DNA of 64,000 nucleotides from NCBI RefSeq assembly GCF_054482525.1, contig NZ_CM137006.1; one strand, 5' to 3'. Shown piece by piece: positions 55,740 to 64,000 of this stretch (position 1 is its first letter; each line of letters starts with the position of its first letter). The notes under the pieces were generated by a model. It saw only the letters and a program-made list of their open reading frames with translations, ran no database searches and was not told where the DNA came from. The position numbers and the translations under genes were made by a program.

Positions 55740-57235
55740 ACCTCGAACCCTTCTTTGATAAGCAGGGCCTCCAGCTCCTCTTCTGCTTTTTCCAGCTCAG
55801 CCAGCTTCCGTTGAAAATCTTTGAGCGCCTCTTCCACAGTGATGGTTTCTTCTTCGAGTGGCTTTTGCACATAACGAGCAATATTTAGATTGAAGTCATT
55901 TTCTTCAATCTCCTTCAGAGGAACCCAGCGTGCAACGCCTTCGATTTCTTTTGCATCTGGCCCTTGTTGCGCCTGGTCATGATAGATTTGGTATATTTCA
56001 TCGGCCTGCTTGTTGGACAGCGTATTCTGCGCACGTCCCTTGGTATAGATTTCTTCAGCATTGATGATCAATACATGATCTTTATGCGCGGCCGGACGTG
56101 ATTTACGCAGCACCAAAATACACGCAGGAATCCCAGTTCCATAGAACAGGTTGGAAGCAACACCAATAATCGCCACAATGCGATTCTCTTGCAGTAATTT
56201 GGTTCGAATTGCCCCCTCTGCGCCGCCACGAAACAGCACACCATGAGGTAATACGACTGCCATACGTCCATTGTCGTTAAGTGAAGCAAACATATGCTGC
56301 ACCCAGGCAAAATCACCATTTGTTTTAGGCGCCAGGCCATATTGCTTACGGCCATAGGGATCGTTCGACCACAGATCGTATCCCCATTCTTTTAAGCTAA
56401 ACGGTGGGTTGGCAACAACGCAGTCAAAGGTTTCTAAACGATCGCTTTTTAAAAATTTAGGTTCGCGTAAAGTATCCCCTCGGACAATATCGAAATCTTC
56501 CTGTCCATGCAGGAACAGATTCATACGCGCAATAGCTTCCGTCGTTAAGTTCTTTTCCTGACCCTTGATTTTTAGTAAACGCGGATCACCACCATTTTCT
56601 TTTACATGGTGGATGGTCTCAAGCAGCATACCACCGGTACCACAGGCGGGATCGTAGACACTCTCACCGGCTTTTGGATCAAGAATGTTAACCATCAAAC
56701 GAACGATAGTTCGTGGGGTATAGAACTCACCTGCTTTCTTATTGGCTTTGTCTGCAAAGCGTTTGATCAGATACTCGTATGCGCGCCCCATATCATCGTC
56801 ACGGACACTAGAAACGCCAAGGTTCACCTTATTGAAGTGATTGAGTAACGTAGCCAGTAACTCATCAGAAAGGCGTTCTTTATTGGTCCAGCTGGCATCG
56901 CCAAAAATGCCATGCAGTTTAGGGTTTGCCAGTTCTATACCACGGAAGGACTCTTTTAAAGCCTGACCGATGTCCTTGGTCTCAGCGAAAACATCGCGCC
57001 AGTGGCAATTTTCAGGTATCTGAATACGGTGAAACATCTTGCCCTTGGCAAGCTCTGCATCCCCAACGCTCTCCATCGCATCAGCAAATTCTTCGTCATA
57101 CACGTCACAAATGCGCTTGAAGAACAAGATGGGGAAAATGTACGTTTTGTAATCTGACGCATCAATGGGCCCTGTAATAATATGGGCTGCATGCCATAGA
57201 TGGGCCTCGAGATCTTTTAGGTTAATCAGTGTCAT
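55736..57235 (-). CDS. hsdM: second HsdM-type N6-adenine methyltransferase (paralog) heading the operon
   Basis: Track ORF 55736..57337; HsdM N-terminus MTLINLKDLEAHLWHAAHIITGPIDASDYKTYIFPILFFKRICD starts at ATG 57235; motifs GEFYTPRTIV, DPACGTGGML, NPPFS; stop overlaps the downstream hsdM start by 4 nt (ATGA). Confidence 0.88.
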   Translation of the reverse strand: MTLINLKDLEAHLWHAAHIITGPIDASDYKTYIFPILFFKRICDVYDEEFADAMESVGDAELAKGKMFHRIQIPENCHWRDVFAETKDIGQALKESFRGIELANPKLHGIFGDASWTNKERLSDELLATLLNHFNKVNLGVSSVRDDDMGRAYEYLIKRFADKANKKAGEFYTPRTIVRLMVNILDPKAGESVYDPACGTGGMLLETIHHVKENGGDPRLLKIKGQEKNLTTEAIARMNLFLHGQEDFDIVRGDTLREPKFLKSDRLETFDCVVANPPFSLKEWGYDLWSNDPYGRKQYGLAPKTNGDFAWVQHMFASLNDNGRMAVVLPHGVLFRGGAEGAIRTKLLQENRIVAIIGVASNLFYGTGIPACILVLRKSRPAAHKDHVLIINAEEIYTKGRAQNTLSNKQADEIYQIYHDQAQQGPDAKEIEGVARWVPLKEIEENDFNLNIARYVQKPLEEETITVEEALKDFQRKLAELEKAEEELEALLIKEGFEV

Positions 57236-57478
57236 TGTTGTCTCTTTTCGATCCTGCAGTGCTTGAACTCTCAGCAACTCATGGATTTCACAGTAAAAAA
57301 GCAAGCAAAGCGATTCCACAACCACCTGAGCGTTCAATACGTATGACGCCTTTACCCAAGTTGCTTAAATCAAGGAAATTGCCAGAGATAATACTCTGGC
57401 ATCAGAATGATACCAAGTTGAAGGGCTGATTTCCGCATCAATACCTTGTGGTAATAGGGGATTACTCTTTTACCCTTA

Positions 57479-58045
57479 TTGGCGCAAAATGGCGGCATTT
57501 ACTCATTTCTCCATCGGAGCATCTTACGCGCTATAACCACTCTCGTTTTTTCCTATTCCCATGCAGATGAAGCACTACGCAATGAACTTGAGAAGCATCT
57601 CTCCCCGCTGAAGCGAACCGGGAAGATCACAACATGGCACGATCGCCGCATCGTTCCTGGTCAGGAGTTCGAACGTCAGATCGACCACTATTTTTCGCAA
57701 GCAGATATCATCCTGATCCTGATCCTGATCCTGATCAGCAGTGACTTTATTGCTTCTGATTACTGCTATCAGGTAGAGATGAAAAACGCACTGGAACGGC
57801 ATGACCGGGGCGAGGCGGTGGTCATTCCGGTAATTTTAAGAAACTGTGCATGGCATCAGTTATAATTCGGCAGCATTATGGCGGCGACTATCGACGGTAA
57901 ACCCATCACTAAGTTTGCCACCCACGATGAAGGCTACGTTCAGGTCGTCGAGGCCGTCTCGCGTGCCATTGCCCGGATGGAAGCCAAAAAACTACAGCAA
58001 ACCATACATATCCCTTCACCGGCTCCGGCGAATCCGATCTTTTAG
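57479..58045 (+). pseudogene. TIR-domain protein gene, apparently disrupted (no in-frame ATG start, internal in-frame TAA, expanded hexanucleotide repeat)
   Basis: Frame from 57479 (TTG, no SD) encodes ...LVFSYSHADEALRNELEKHLSPLKRTGKITTWHDRRIVPGQEFERQIDHYFSQADIILILILILISSDFIASDYCYQVEMKNALERHDRGEAVVIPVILRNCAWHQL, then TAA at 57863-57865, then in-frame FGSIMAATIDGKPITKFATHDEGYVQVVEAVSRAIARMEAK... to a stop at 58043-58045; an ATG at 57489 (MAAFTHF...) is in another frame. Confidence 0.6.
57710..57736. repeat. hexanucleotide microsatellite (ATCCTG)4 containing four tandem GATC (Dam) sites
   Basis: atcctgatcctgatcctgatcctgatc inside the TIR reading frame, encoding ILILILI; GATC at 57715, 57721, 57727, 57733. 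Confidence 0.9.
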
Positions 58046-58480
58046 GGAGTAGATTCCGTTTTTACACCGCGTTCAAGCAACCTTACTCTATCTGTTATAG
58101 CCAGGATAATGTTGTTCGAAACAGTATTAACGAAATTGTAAGCCTTGCTGATAACGGCCAGACTCTTGGTTTTCGTGCTCTGATGGGAGGCTTCAGTCGT
58201 GGAACTTCACGAGACGAACTATTGACCAATGAAGGTATGTCGGAACATCTCTGGGAAATGTTCTTCGGGCTAATCAAGCAAAGAATGTCCCGATAATTTG
58301 CCATATCACAGTCGGGCATACTGCCCGATTTTTGTGCTGTCATTATTGGCAATATCTCAATAGGCGTTGAGAAATGGTGCAATTTAATCTTGCCAGAGCG
58401 CTGTTACTTGGGGACGAAATGAATGGGCTCCTGCTGTAGTTACAGCAACGCCTGTATATACAAAAACAGGCGTTGCAAAT

Positions 58481-59476
58481 TCATGCAGGCAAATACGTTT
58501 TCTTAAGCGGCACCAACAGCTTAGTTTCAATATCCACCTGCTCATAGTTTTCCACTAACGCGCGTACCAAATCGTCCAGCGTCCATAGCGTCAACGGGAT
58601 TGTAGAACGATCGGCCTCATAACGCGCATCCTTGCTGAATCCGCCGGTACTAACATACAGCCCGCGATCGTCTTTATGACGGCCACCGATAAAGCTACGG
58701 ATTTGCTGGCTGCTCATCTGTTCCCGCCGGTGCTTCACCTCAACAATAATGCGCGGATTTTCAAACCCAAATCCGTCAGGCGAAGCAATGATGTCTTTCC
58801 CACGGTCAGCACCCGCAGGCGATACCTGAGTTTTATATCCCATGCTGCGTAACACGCCAGCGACCAGATTCTGCATCTCATCCCAGTCGAGACGGTTGAT
58901 ACGATCCTTGATGCCTTCAAAAGCGATCATTTCCATGTCGCGCAGAGGATTAGAAACGACCTCATCCTCTTCACCTGAAACAGGTACTTCCGGCACGATA
59001 TCTGAGACAGGCTTATTGCCCTGCACTAATTCATTCACAGCAAAATCAGGCACCTGAAAAACTGTCAGCGTTGAACCAAGGGTGTTTCTGGTTGCATCAC
59101 TCAGACTATCGCGCTTAATCTCTTCCGCATTCCACTTCACTTTACGGGCGATGCCCATGCCATCTTCAAGCCACTCGGCATGAAACTCAAAATCTGACGC
59201 TATTTTCCCTATTAAATAGGTCCGATTAGAAGGTGAATAAGTGATAGCCCAGTCGCCTTTCTGCATTTCATTCACAAAGCGCCAGACCTGAGAAGCTCCA
59301 GAACGAACTGTGCCTGGCTTAGTCTGTGGCTCAAGCTCCTGATACCGGGTAAACAACTGCTCTCTTGAGCATCCAGGTTTCACATAGGGAGCGAGCTGCG
59401 ACCAACCAATTGCAACAACCTGTTTGTCTCTGAAGTCGTCGTACAATTTTCCGCCATCACCGCGGATCATCCACAT
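58481..59476 (-). CDS. Mrr-cat (PD-(D/E)xK) restriction endonuclease with an N-terminal EVE/PUA-like putative modified-base reader domain (candidate Type IV restriction enzyme)
   Basis: Track ORF 58481..59644; C-terminal Mrr-type catalytic core (GADRGKDIIASPDG...RIIVEVKHRRE...LYVSTGGFSKDA); N-terminal segment VAIGWSQL...QVWRFVNEMQKGDWAITYSP resembles the EVE motif; start (59536/59476/59470) uncertain. Confidence 0.7.
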   Translation of the reverse strand: MWMIRGDGGKLYDDFRDKQVVAIGWSQLAPYVKPGCSREQLFTRYQELEPQTKPGTVRSGASQVWRFVNEMQKGDWAITYSPSNRTYLIGKIASDFEFHAEWLEDGMGIARKVKWNAEEIKRDSLSDATRNTLGSTLTVFQVPDFAVNELVQGNKPVSDIVPEVPVSGEEDEVVSNPLRDMEMIAFEGIKDRINRLDWDEMQNLVAGVLRSMGYKTQVSPAGADRGKDIIASPDGFGFENPRIIVEVKHRREQMSSQQIRSFIGGRHKDDRGLYVSTGGFSKDARYEADRSTIPLTLWTLDDLVRALVENYEQVDIETKLLVPLKKTYLPA

Positions 59477-59597
59477 CTTAGTCGCCACAATAATTCCTTC
59501 TGAAAATACTTCATCGTTATACCGGGACGTGATCATTCCATTCAGCCATCTTATCCAGGGAAAAACACCGATAAGATGGCTAATCAAAATGTCTGTT

Positions 59598-62500
59598 CTA
59601 AACCTGACGCCTCTCAAGACTATTATAAATAGCCTCAATTTCACCTTTCAGGTTATCACCAGAGTAAACCATCGATGTATCGTATCGTTCATATCGCGCT
59701 TCCCGTGTCGCACTAAACCAGTTGAACGATCCCACGCATAGCAAACCATCATCACCAATAACAATTTTGCTATGAACACGGTTTACCAGCTTTGTAGCAA
59801 TACCCAGCGCATTCAGTTTCTCCAGCGCCGCTTTAAGGTTCTGCTGCTTCTCTTTTCGCTTCTCAAAATCTTTATGTTCAGTGTTGTAGCTTCTGTCAGT
59901 GACTATCGTGACGTTAATACCACGTGAACACGCCGCAATCATGGAATCAAGAAAACCCGTTTGCTCCAGCTTTTGCCAGGTCAGCCATGGAGAAACTATC
60001 GTGATGTGTTTATCGGTATTTTCAAACGTCTGATTCAGGAAATTATCATGCTGCTCCACACCATGGAGTGTGTAGATTTTGGTCTCGGAAGTTTTTAAAT
60101 CCTTACGCTCTTTATAATCAAAAGAGAGCGCATTCTTCTCGGACTCAAAGAGATATTTTGCCAGTAATCCCCGCGGAGATGAGGGAGGCTGGATCTCAAA
60201 CAGATCCATATCGCCGAAGACCAGGAAGCTATCCTTCGCACGGGAGACTGCAACATTCAGCATGCTGTTATCGCTATCAATAAACCCGCCATCTTCATGT
60301 TTTGAATAGACTGGCGAGAATATAACAATCGCTCTTTCCGCTCCCTGAAGAGAGTGCACGGTGCCCACGGTGAGCGACTTTTCATTCGCGCCCGTACTGA
60401 TACCTTGTTTACCCAGCGCCTGTTTGATAGTGGATACCTGCGCGCTAAAAGGCGTCACGATACCGACAACTTCATGAAGCGATTTGCCGTAATGCGCTTC
60501 AATATTTTGCTGGTTCTCTGCCAACCAGGCCGCTATCGTTTCAGCCTCAAGCAAATTATATCTACTTCCACTACTTGCCAGCTCTCCTTTACCATCAATA
60601 TGGAGATAACCCATTGCGGGCATTAAATTGCTCTCTTCGCGCCCTCTTTTAGGCAACAACTTACCGTGATAGCAGAGCGTATTACAGTATCCAATAATAT
60701 TATCGAAGCACCGGCGGTGTTCATATAGGTACATACCACGAGCCAGTTCGGGATCATATTGATAGCGCGAAGCAAACTGCGCTATTTTCATAACGCTGCC
60801 AGATGCGGCACTTTTACCAAGGTCTGCGATTGCCGTATATTTCTCGGTAATCTCTTCTTGCGTACTGCCAGACAGAATTTTTTCCGCAAGCATGTTACCG
60901 ACATCAATCGCGGGAGCAATACTCCATATTGGCGGGATCTGCTCCGTATCGCCAATCACTAATGCCTTCTTAGCTAATGCAAACGAGGCAGCAGCCACTT
61001 CAGGAAGCACCTGCCCGGCTTCATCGACAATGAGTAAATCGGCAAAATCATACAAATAACTTTTCTCGAATTTACGTTGTCCTTTGTGCTCACTTATCTG
61101 CATATTGCCGGGCAGCATATAGCATGTCATCACCACACATGGAGTGAGTTTCATTCGACGTTGCCAACGGGCGGTTACCCCTTTAGCGCCTTTTTTCTTC
61201 TTCTCTTCCTGCAGATCATCAATTCTGGCCATATCCATCAGCCAACGACCTTCCCAGTAGTGAGTCGTCAGTAAAAATGCAGGGAAGCGAATCTGCGTAT
61301 CAGCCAGTTCATCGGCCTGTGAGAAGCTCAGTTCCTCGTCGCCCTCATACCCTAAATCAAATGCCAGCCTCTGCCACTCCTGAACCGCCTGCTGTTCTTT
61401 AAGAACGATTTCATGGGCGGAGTCAATCTGCTGCCGGTATGTTGTTTGCTCGCGCTCAGCGGAATTGAGCAGCCCATCAATATTACGTTCGATAGTTTCA
61501 GGATCAGACCACTGATTTCCTGCAATCAGCGCGCCTAATTTATCTTCGAGAAACAACTGTATTTGGTACTGTCGCTTACTACGAACCGCTGGGAGCCAGG
61601 AAAATAATGAATAGATCAGTGATTCACCGGCGCGATATTTTTTCCATTCCGTTTTAGCACTCTTCAGTAGAGTGACTTTTTGTTCTTGTCCGGAAAGTAA
61701 TTTATTTAAATTATCGAGATATTGCTCAATGTCGTTAGCAATAAGCTCACGCGCAGCCCGTACCTGGCTTAACGTTTGCCATGTTGCGTTCAGTCTTATC
61801 AGTTGCTCGGATTTTGCTGCCAACTGACCATGCAGGAGTTCAATGACCTTTTCAGGGGATGAACACTCTTTTTCAGGAAAAGCTGCCTTAGCTTTCTCGA
61901 GATAAAACAGCAGTGCATCCTCTACATACTCTTTTGACTCAACCTGGTTGAAGAAATCTTCAGTTTGATATTTTTTGGCTGCCTCAGCTTTACGAGTGCT
62001 TGAGGGAAAATAAGCGCCGAAGCTTTTCAGCTCTGGCAACCATCGTCCGGCCATCGCACCTGAACCTTGCGAAAAGTCTTTCCCGAATGCCTCAATAATG
62101 TTCGTTACAGCCTGGTTATTCGTTGAAGTCGCGATAATAACCGGAGGCTCAGATTTTTCGAGAGCTGCTCTGGCCCACTGCGTGGCGATGATAGAAAGCA
62201 CCAGCGTGGTTTTTCCGGTTCCCGGAGGTCCATTAACAGCAAGGATATCGCCATGTCTTGCATCCAGAAAATGGCTTAAGGCATCGCGCTGAGCCTTTGC
62301 CAGCGGAAACTTATCTCCGGAGTGTCCAAGCCTGTCGCTGAATTTTGCTCCTGGAGCCAGCAAAGACTCTGCAGCATGAACCTCTCGCGAGGCGAAGCGA
62401 TTGAAGAGCGGCACATCCTTCTTGCAAACAAGCAGGTGATCATAAAGAGAAAGGATATGGAAACTGGCACCGCCAGATTGCGCCGTTTTAACAATATAAC

Positions 62501-63113
62501 CGTGCTCAGCGAGTTCATATTGCTCAGGATTTTTAATCCAGTCGCCGGCAACGTTCTTCAGCAGCCTCTCTGAATCATCCAGATATTGATGCCACTCCTG
62601 CTGCAAGGCTGCATATCGTGCTTCCCGTTCTTCATCCGTTTCGGCAGTCTTATCAATGCTGTCATCAAAGTTGATAGAGAACGAGGTATGGATTGTCTTG
62701 TATTTGTCATACTGCCCAATCTCACCAATCGAAAATGCTCCTTTTGGCAAAGGTTCAAGCAGGTCTCTGGGAATGGAGGTCGCTGGCGTCGGATATAAAA
62801 AACCCTCACGGCTGAGCAAGGCTGGCGTCACTAGCGGGGTAACAATATCAGGTGCGCCTGCGGAACGGTCCTTACCATGCTGCAGTAACCGAAAATAAAC
62901 TTTTGGGCGCAAGACGACATCGACCGTTTCGACATCGTCTTTTTCTCCCTCAAAAAATTTACTGACAATCGCTTCGTCAAGACGTCCCGCCGCTATCCCA
63001 TGCCAGTGAGTGAAATTTTTGGCGTCTTTCCGTTCAAAACTGCCCTTTCCTGACTCAGCATCCGCAAGCGAGTTGCGCCAGTATGAGGCAAACCCTAAAG
63101 CATTTTCATCCAT
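59598..63113 (-). CDS. SF1 (Upf1/DNA2-like) helicase fused to a C-terminal phospholipase-D-family nuclease domain; architecture as described for Mokosh type II defense proteins
   Basis: 1171-aa ORF, ATG at 63113 with AGGA RBS; Walker [12 protein letters not shown], Walker B LIVDEAGQ, motif [27 protein letters not shown] motif [24 protein letters not shown] near the C-terminus; ~270-aa N-terminal domain of unknown type. Confidence 0.88.
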   Translation of the reverse strand: MDENALGFASYWRNSLADAESGKGSFERKDAKNFTHWHGIAAGRLDEAIVSKFFEGEKDDVETVDVVLRPKVYFRLLQHGKDRSAGAPDIVTPLVTPALLSREGFLYPTPATSIPRDLLEPLPKGAFSIGEIGQYDKYKTIHTSFSINFDDSIDKTAETDEEREARYAALQQEWHQYLDDSERLLKNVAGDWIKNPEQYELAEHGYIVKTAQSGGASFHILSLYDHLLVCKKDVPLFNRFASREVHAAESLLAPGAKFSDRLGHSGDKFPLAKAQRDALSHFLDARHGDILAVNGPPGTGKTTLVLSIIATQWARAALEKSEPPVIIATSTNNQAVTNIIEAFGKDFSQGSGAMAGRWLPELKSFGAYFPSSTRKAEAAKKYQTEDFFNQVESKEYVEDALLFYLEKAKAAFPEKECSSPEKVIELLHGQLAAKSEQLIRLNATWQTLSQVRAARELIANDIEQYLDNLNKLLSGQEQKVTLLKSAKTEWKKYRAGESLIYSLFSWLPAVRSKRQYQIQLFLEDKLGALIAGNQWSDPETIERNIDGLLNSAEREQTTYRQQIDSAHEIVLKEQQAVQEWQRLAFDLGYEGDEELSFSQADELADTQIRFPAFLLTTHYWEGRWLMDMARIDDLQEEKKKKGAKGVTARWQRRMKLTPCVVMTCYMLPGNMQISEHKGQRKFEKSYLYDFADLLIVDEAGQVLPEVAAASFALAKKALVIGDTEQIPPIWSIAPAIDVGNMLAEKILSGSTQEEITEKYTAIADLGKSAASGSVMKIAQFASRYQYDPELARGMYLYEHRRCFDNIIGYCNTLCYHGKLLPKRGREESNLMPAMGYLHIDGKGELASSGSRYNLLEAETIAAWLAENQQNIEAHYGKSLHEVVGIVTPFSAQVSTIKQALGKQGISTGANEKSLTVGTVHSLQGAERAIVIFSPVYSKHEDGGFIDSDNSMLNVAVSRAKDSFLVFGDMDLFEIQPPSSPRGLLAKYLFESEKNALSFDYKERKDLKTSETKIYTLHGVEQHDNFLNQTFENTDKHITIVSPWLTWQKLEQTGFLDSMIAACSRGINVTIVTDRSYNTEHKDFEKRKEKQQNLKAALEKLNALGIATKLVNRVHSKIVIGDDGLLCVGSFNWFSATREARYERYDTSMVYSGDNLKGEIEAIYNSLERRQV

Positions 63114-63438
63114 TACCAGTCCTATGACTCAATGAAATCCATTGATTTATCGAATATAAAATCACCGTATGGATAACTATTGTCCACGTTGCAAGGCTGG
63201 CTGCAATGTTTTGTTCACGCTTCGATACAAATACTCAGGTTATACGGAGTTCAGAAAACGACCATATCATGTTGCATGGCACATAAAAGCTTTATAACCG
63301 AAGCAGCAAAGGATTACCGGCTGCGCAGCACGCCCCGAAAGCCCGTGAGCCCTGCTGGACAGCGTTCAGTGCAATATTGGAGCCTGTAAGTTCAGAAAAT
63401 ATCGCTGTCGAAGATGGTTCTGTATGTAGGCGCGCCAG

Positions 63439-63816
63439 CTATCGTTTTGTCCGATGCTTGCGAATAAAAGCATTCAAAATGTCGCCTTCACCATGCATGA
63501 CAGAAAAAGAATATTCACATTCTTTCTTTATCAAGATTCCACATAATTCCTTGTGCAAATCAACATTAACTCCCTTTCCTTTCTGCGCTTTCTTCACACC
63601 GAGCTCACATGAACTGATTAATTCAACGGTACAGGGTTTCTTCAGATAATTCACACCATCAATTAAGCCCTGGAGAATGCATCTATTTGCGGTCGTATCA
63701 CTGTAGGAGAAAGTCAGATATTTTATTTTTCCTTCGTATTCCAACACAACCTCCGCCGAACCTTCACGTGTTGCAGCATCACAACCTCCTGTTGAATATA
63801 TTTTTACCATCTTCAT
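63439..63816 (-). CDS. small RNase HI-like protein with substituted catalytic residues
   Basis: 125-aa ORF; collinear with E. coli RNase HI (VKIYSTGGC vs VEIFTDGSC; TTANRCIL vs TTNNRMEL; ELISSCEL vs ILSTDSQY; GVNVDLHKEL vs KNVDLWQRL), but the Asp/Glu/Asp carboxylate positions read Thr/Ile/Ser. Confidence 0.55.
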   Translation of the reverse strand: MKMVKIYSTGGCDAATREGSAEVVLEYEGKIKYLTFSYSDTTANRCILQGLIDGVNYLKKPCTVELISSCELGVKKAQKGKGVNVDLHKELCGILIKKECEYSFSVMHGEGDILNAFIRKHRTKR

Positions 63817-64000
63817 TTTGTAACTTTCCCCTTACCAAACGAATCGCGACATCCTATATCAAAGGCATTCTCGTCAAAACTTAATTATCTCAGTAAATTC
63901 TTCCGATGCCACTCCAGATAACAATACGATTCAACAGAAAACGCCTTTATTTTCTCCGGCAACAAACATTGCTCTTTAACGCTAATATCCAGCGCCTTAC

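Noticed and set aside
57236-57337. 34-codon N-terminal extension of the upstream hsdM paralog
   Set aside because: The HsdM-conserved N-terminus starts at the ATG at 57235; the extension has no counterpart in HsdM proteins.
57846-58052. 68-aa ORF overlapping the TIR continuation
   Set aside because: Out of frame with the TIR-like sequence, which continues in the original frame after the TAA; treated as part of the disrupted TIR locus.

Overview
This window reads as an Escherichia coli chromosomal segment whose backbone is collinear with the K-12 yjiS-yjiR ... fim ... nanCMS region, in the opposite orientation to K-12 coordinates. All calls rest on my own reading and translation of the sequence plus recalled protein families; no database search was run. 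Backbone, left to right: the 5' part of penicillin G acylase (pac, minus strand, runs off the window start), yjiS, yjiR, rpnD, mdtM, yjiN, yjiM, yjiL, yjiK, yjiJ, kptA, yjiH, yjiG, iadA, hypT, iraD, yjiC, uxuR-uxuB-uxuA, gntP, the complete type 1 fimbrial cluster fimHGFDCIA-fimE-fimB with the 314-bp fimS invertible switch (apparently phase OFF), then nanC-nanM-nanS. Three stretches look accessory relative to the K-12 gene order I recall: (1) an AT-rich insert between yjiL and yjiK encoding a 799-aa pentapeptide-repeat protein with in-frame 9-bp and 24-bp tandem repeats; (2) a 1746-aa intimin/invasin-type inverse-autotransporter adhesin between yjiJ and kptA; (3) an ~18-kb defense island beyond nanS (46.2-63.9 kb). 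The island holds an AT-rich two-gene module (ABC-type ATPase with a C-terminal nuclease-like domain, translationally coupled to an HsdM-like methyltransferase fused to a single HsdS-type target-recognition domain), a Type I R-M operon with two tandem hsdM paralogs (hsdM2-hsdM-hsdS-hsdR), a disrupted TIR-domain gene carrying an (ATCCTG)4 repeat with four GATC sites, an EVE-like/Mrr-type endonuclease, a 1171-aa SF1 helicase-PLD nuclease fusion, and a small RNase HI-like ORF with substituted catalytic residues. The ATPase + M-S methyltransferase pair is the best candidate for an undescribed restriction-like system. No rRNA, tRNA, CRISPR array or IS element was recognised.
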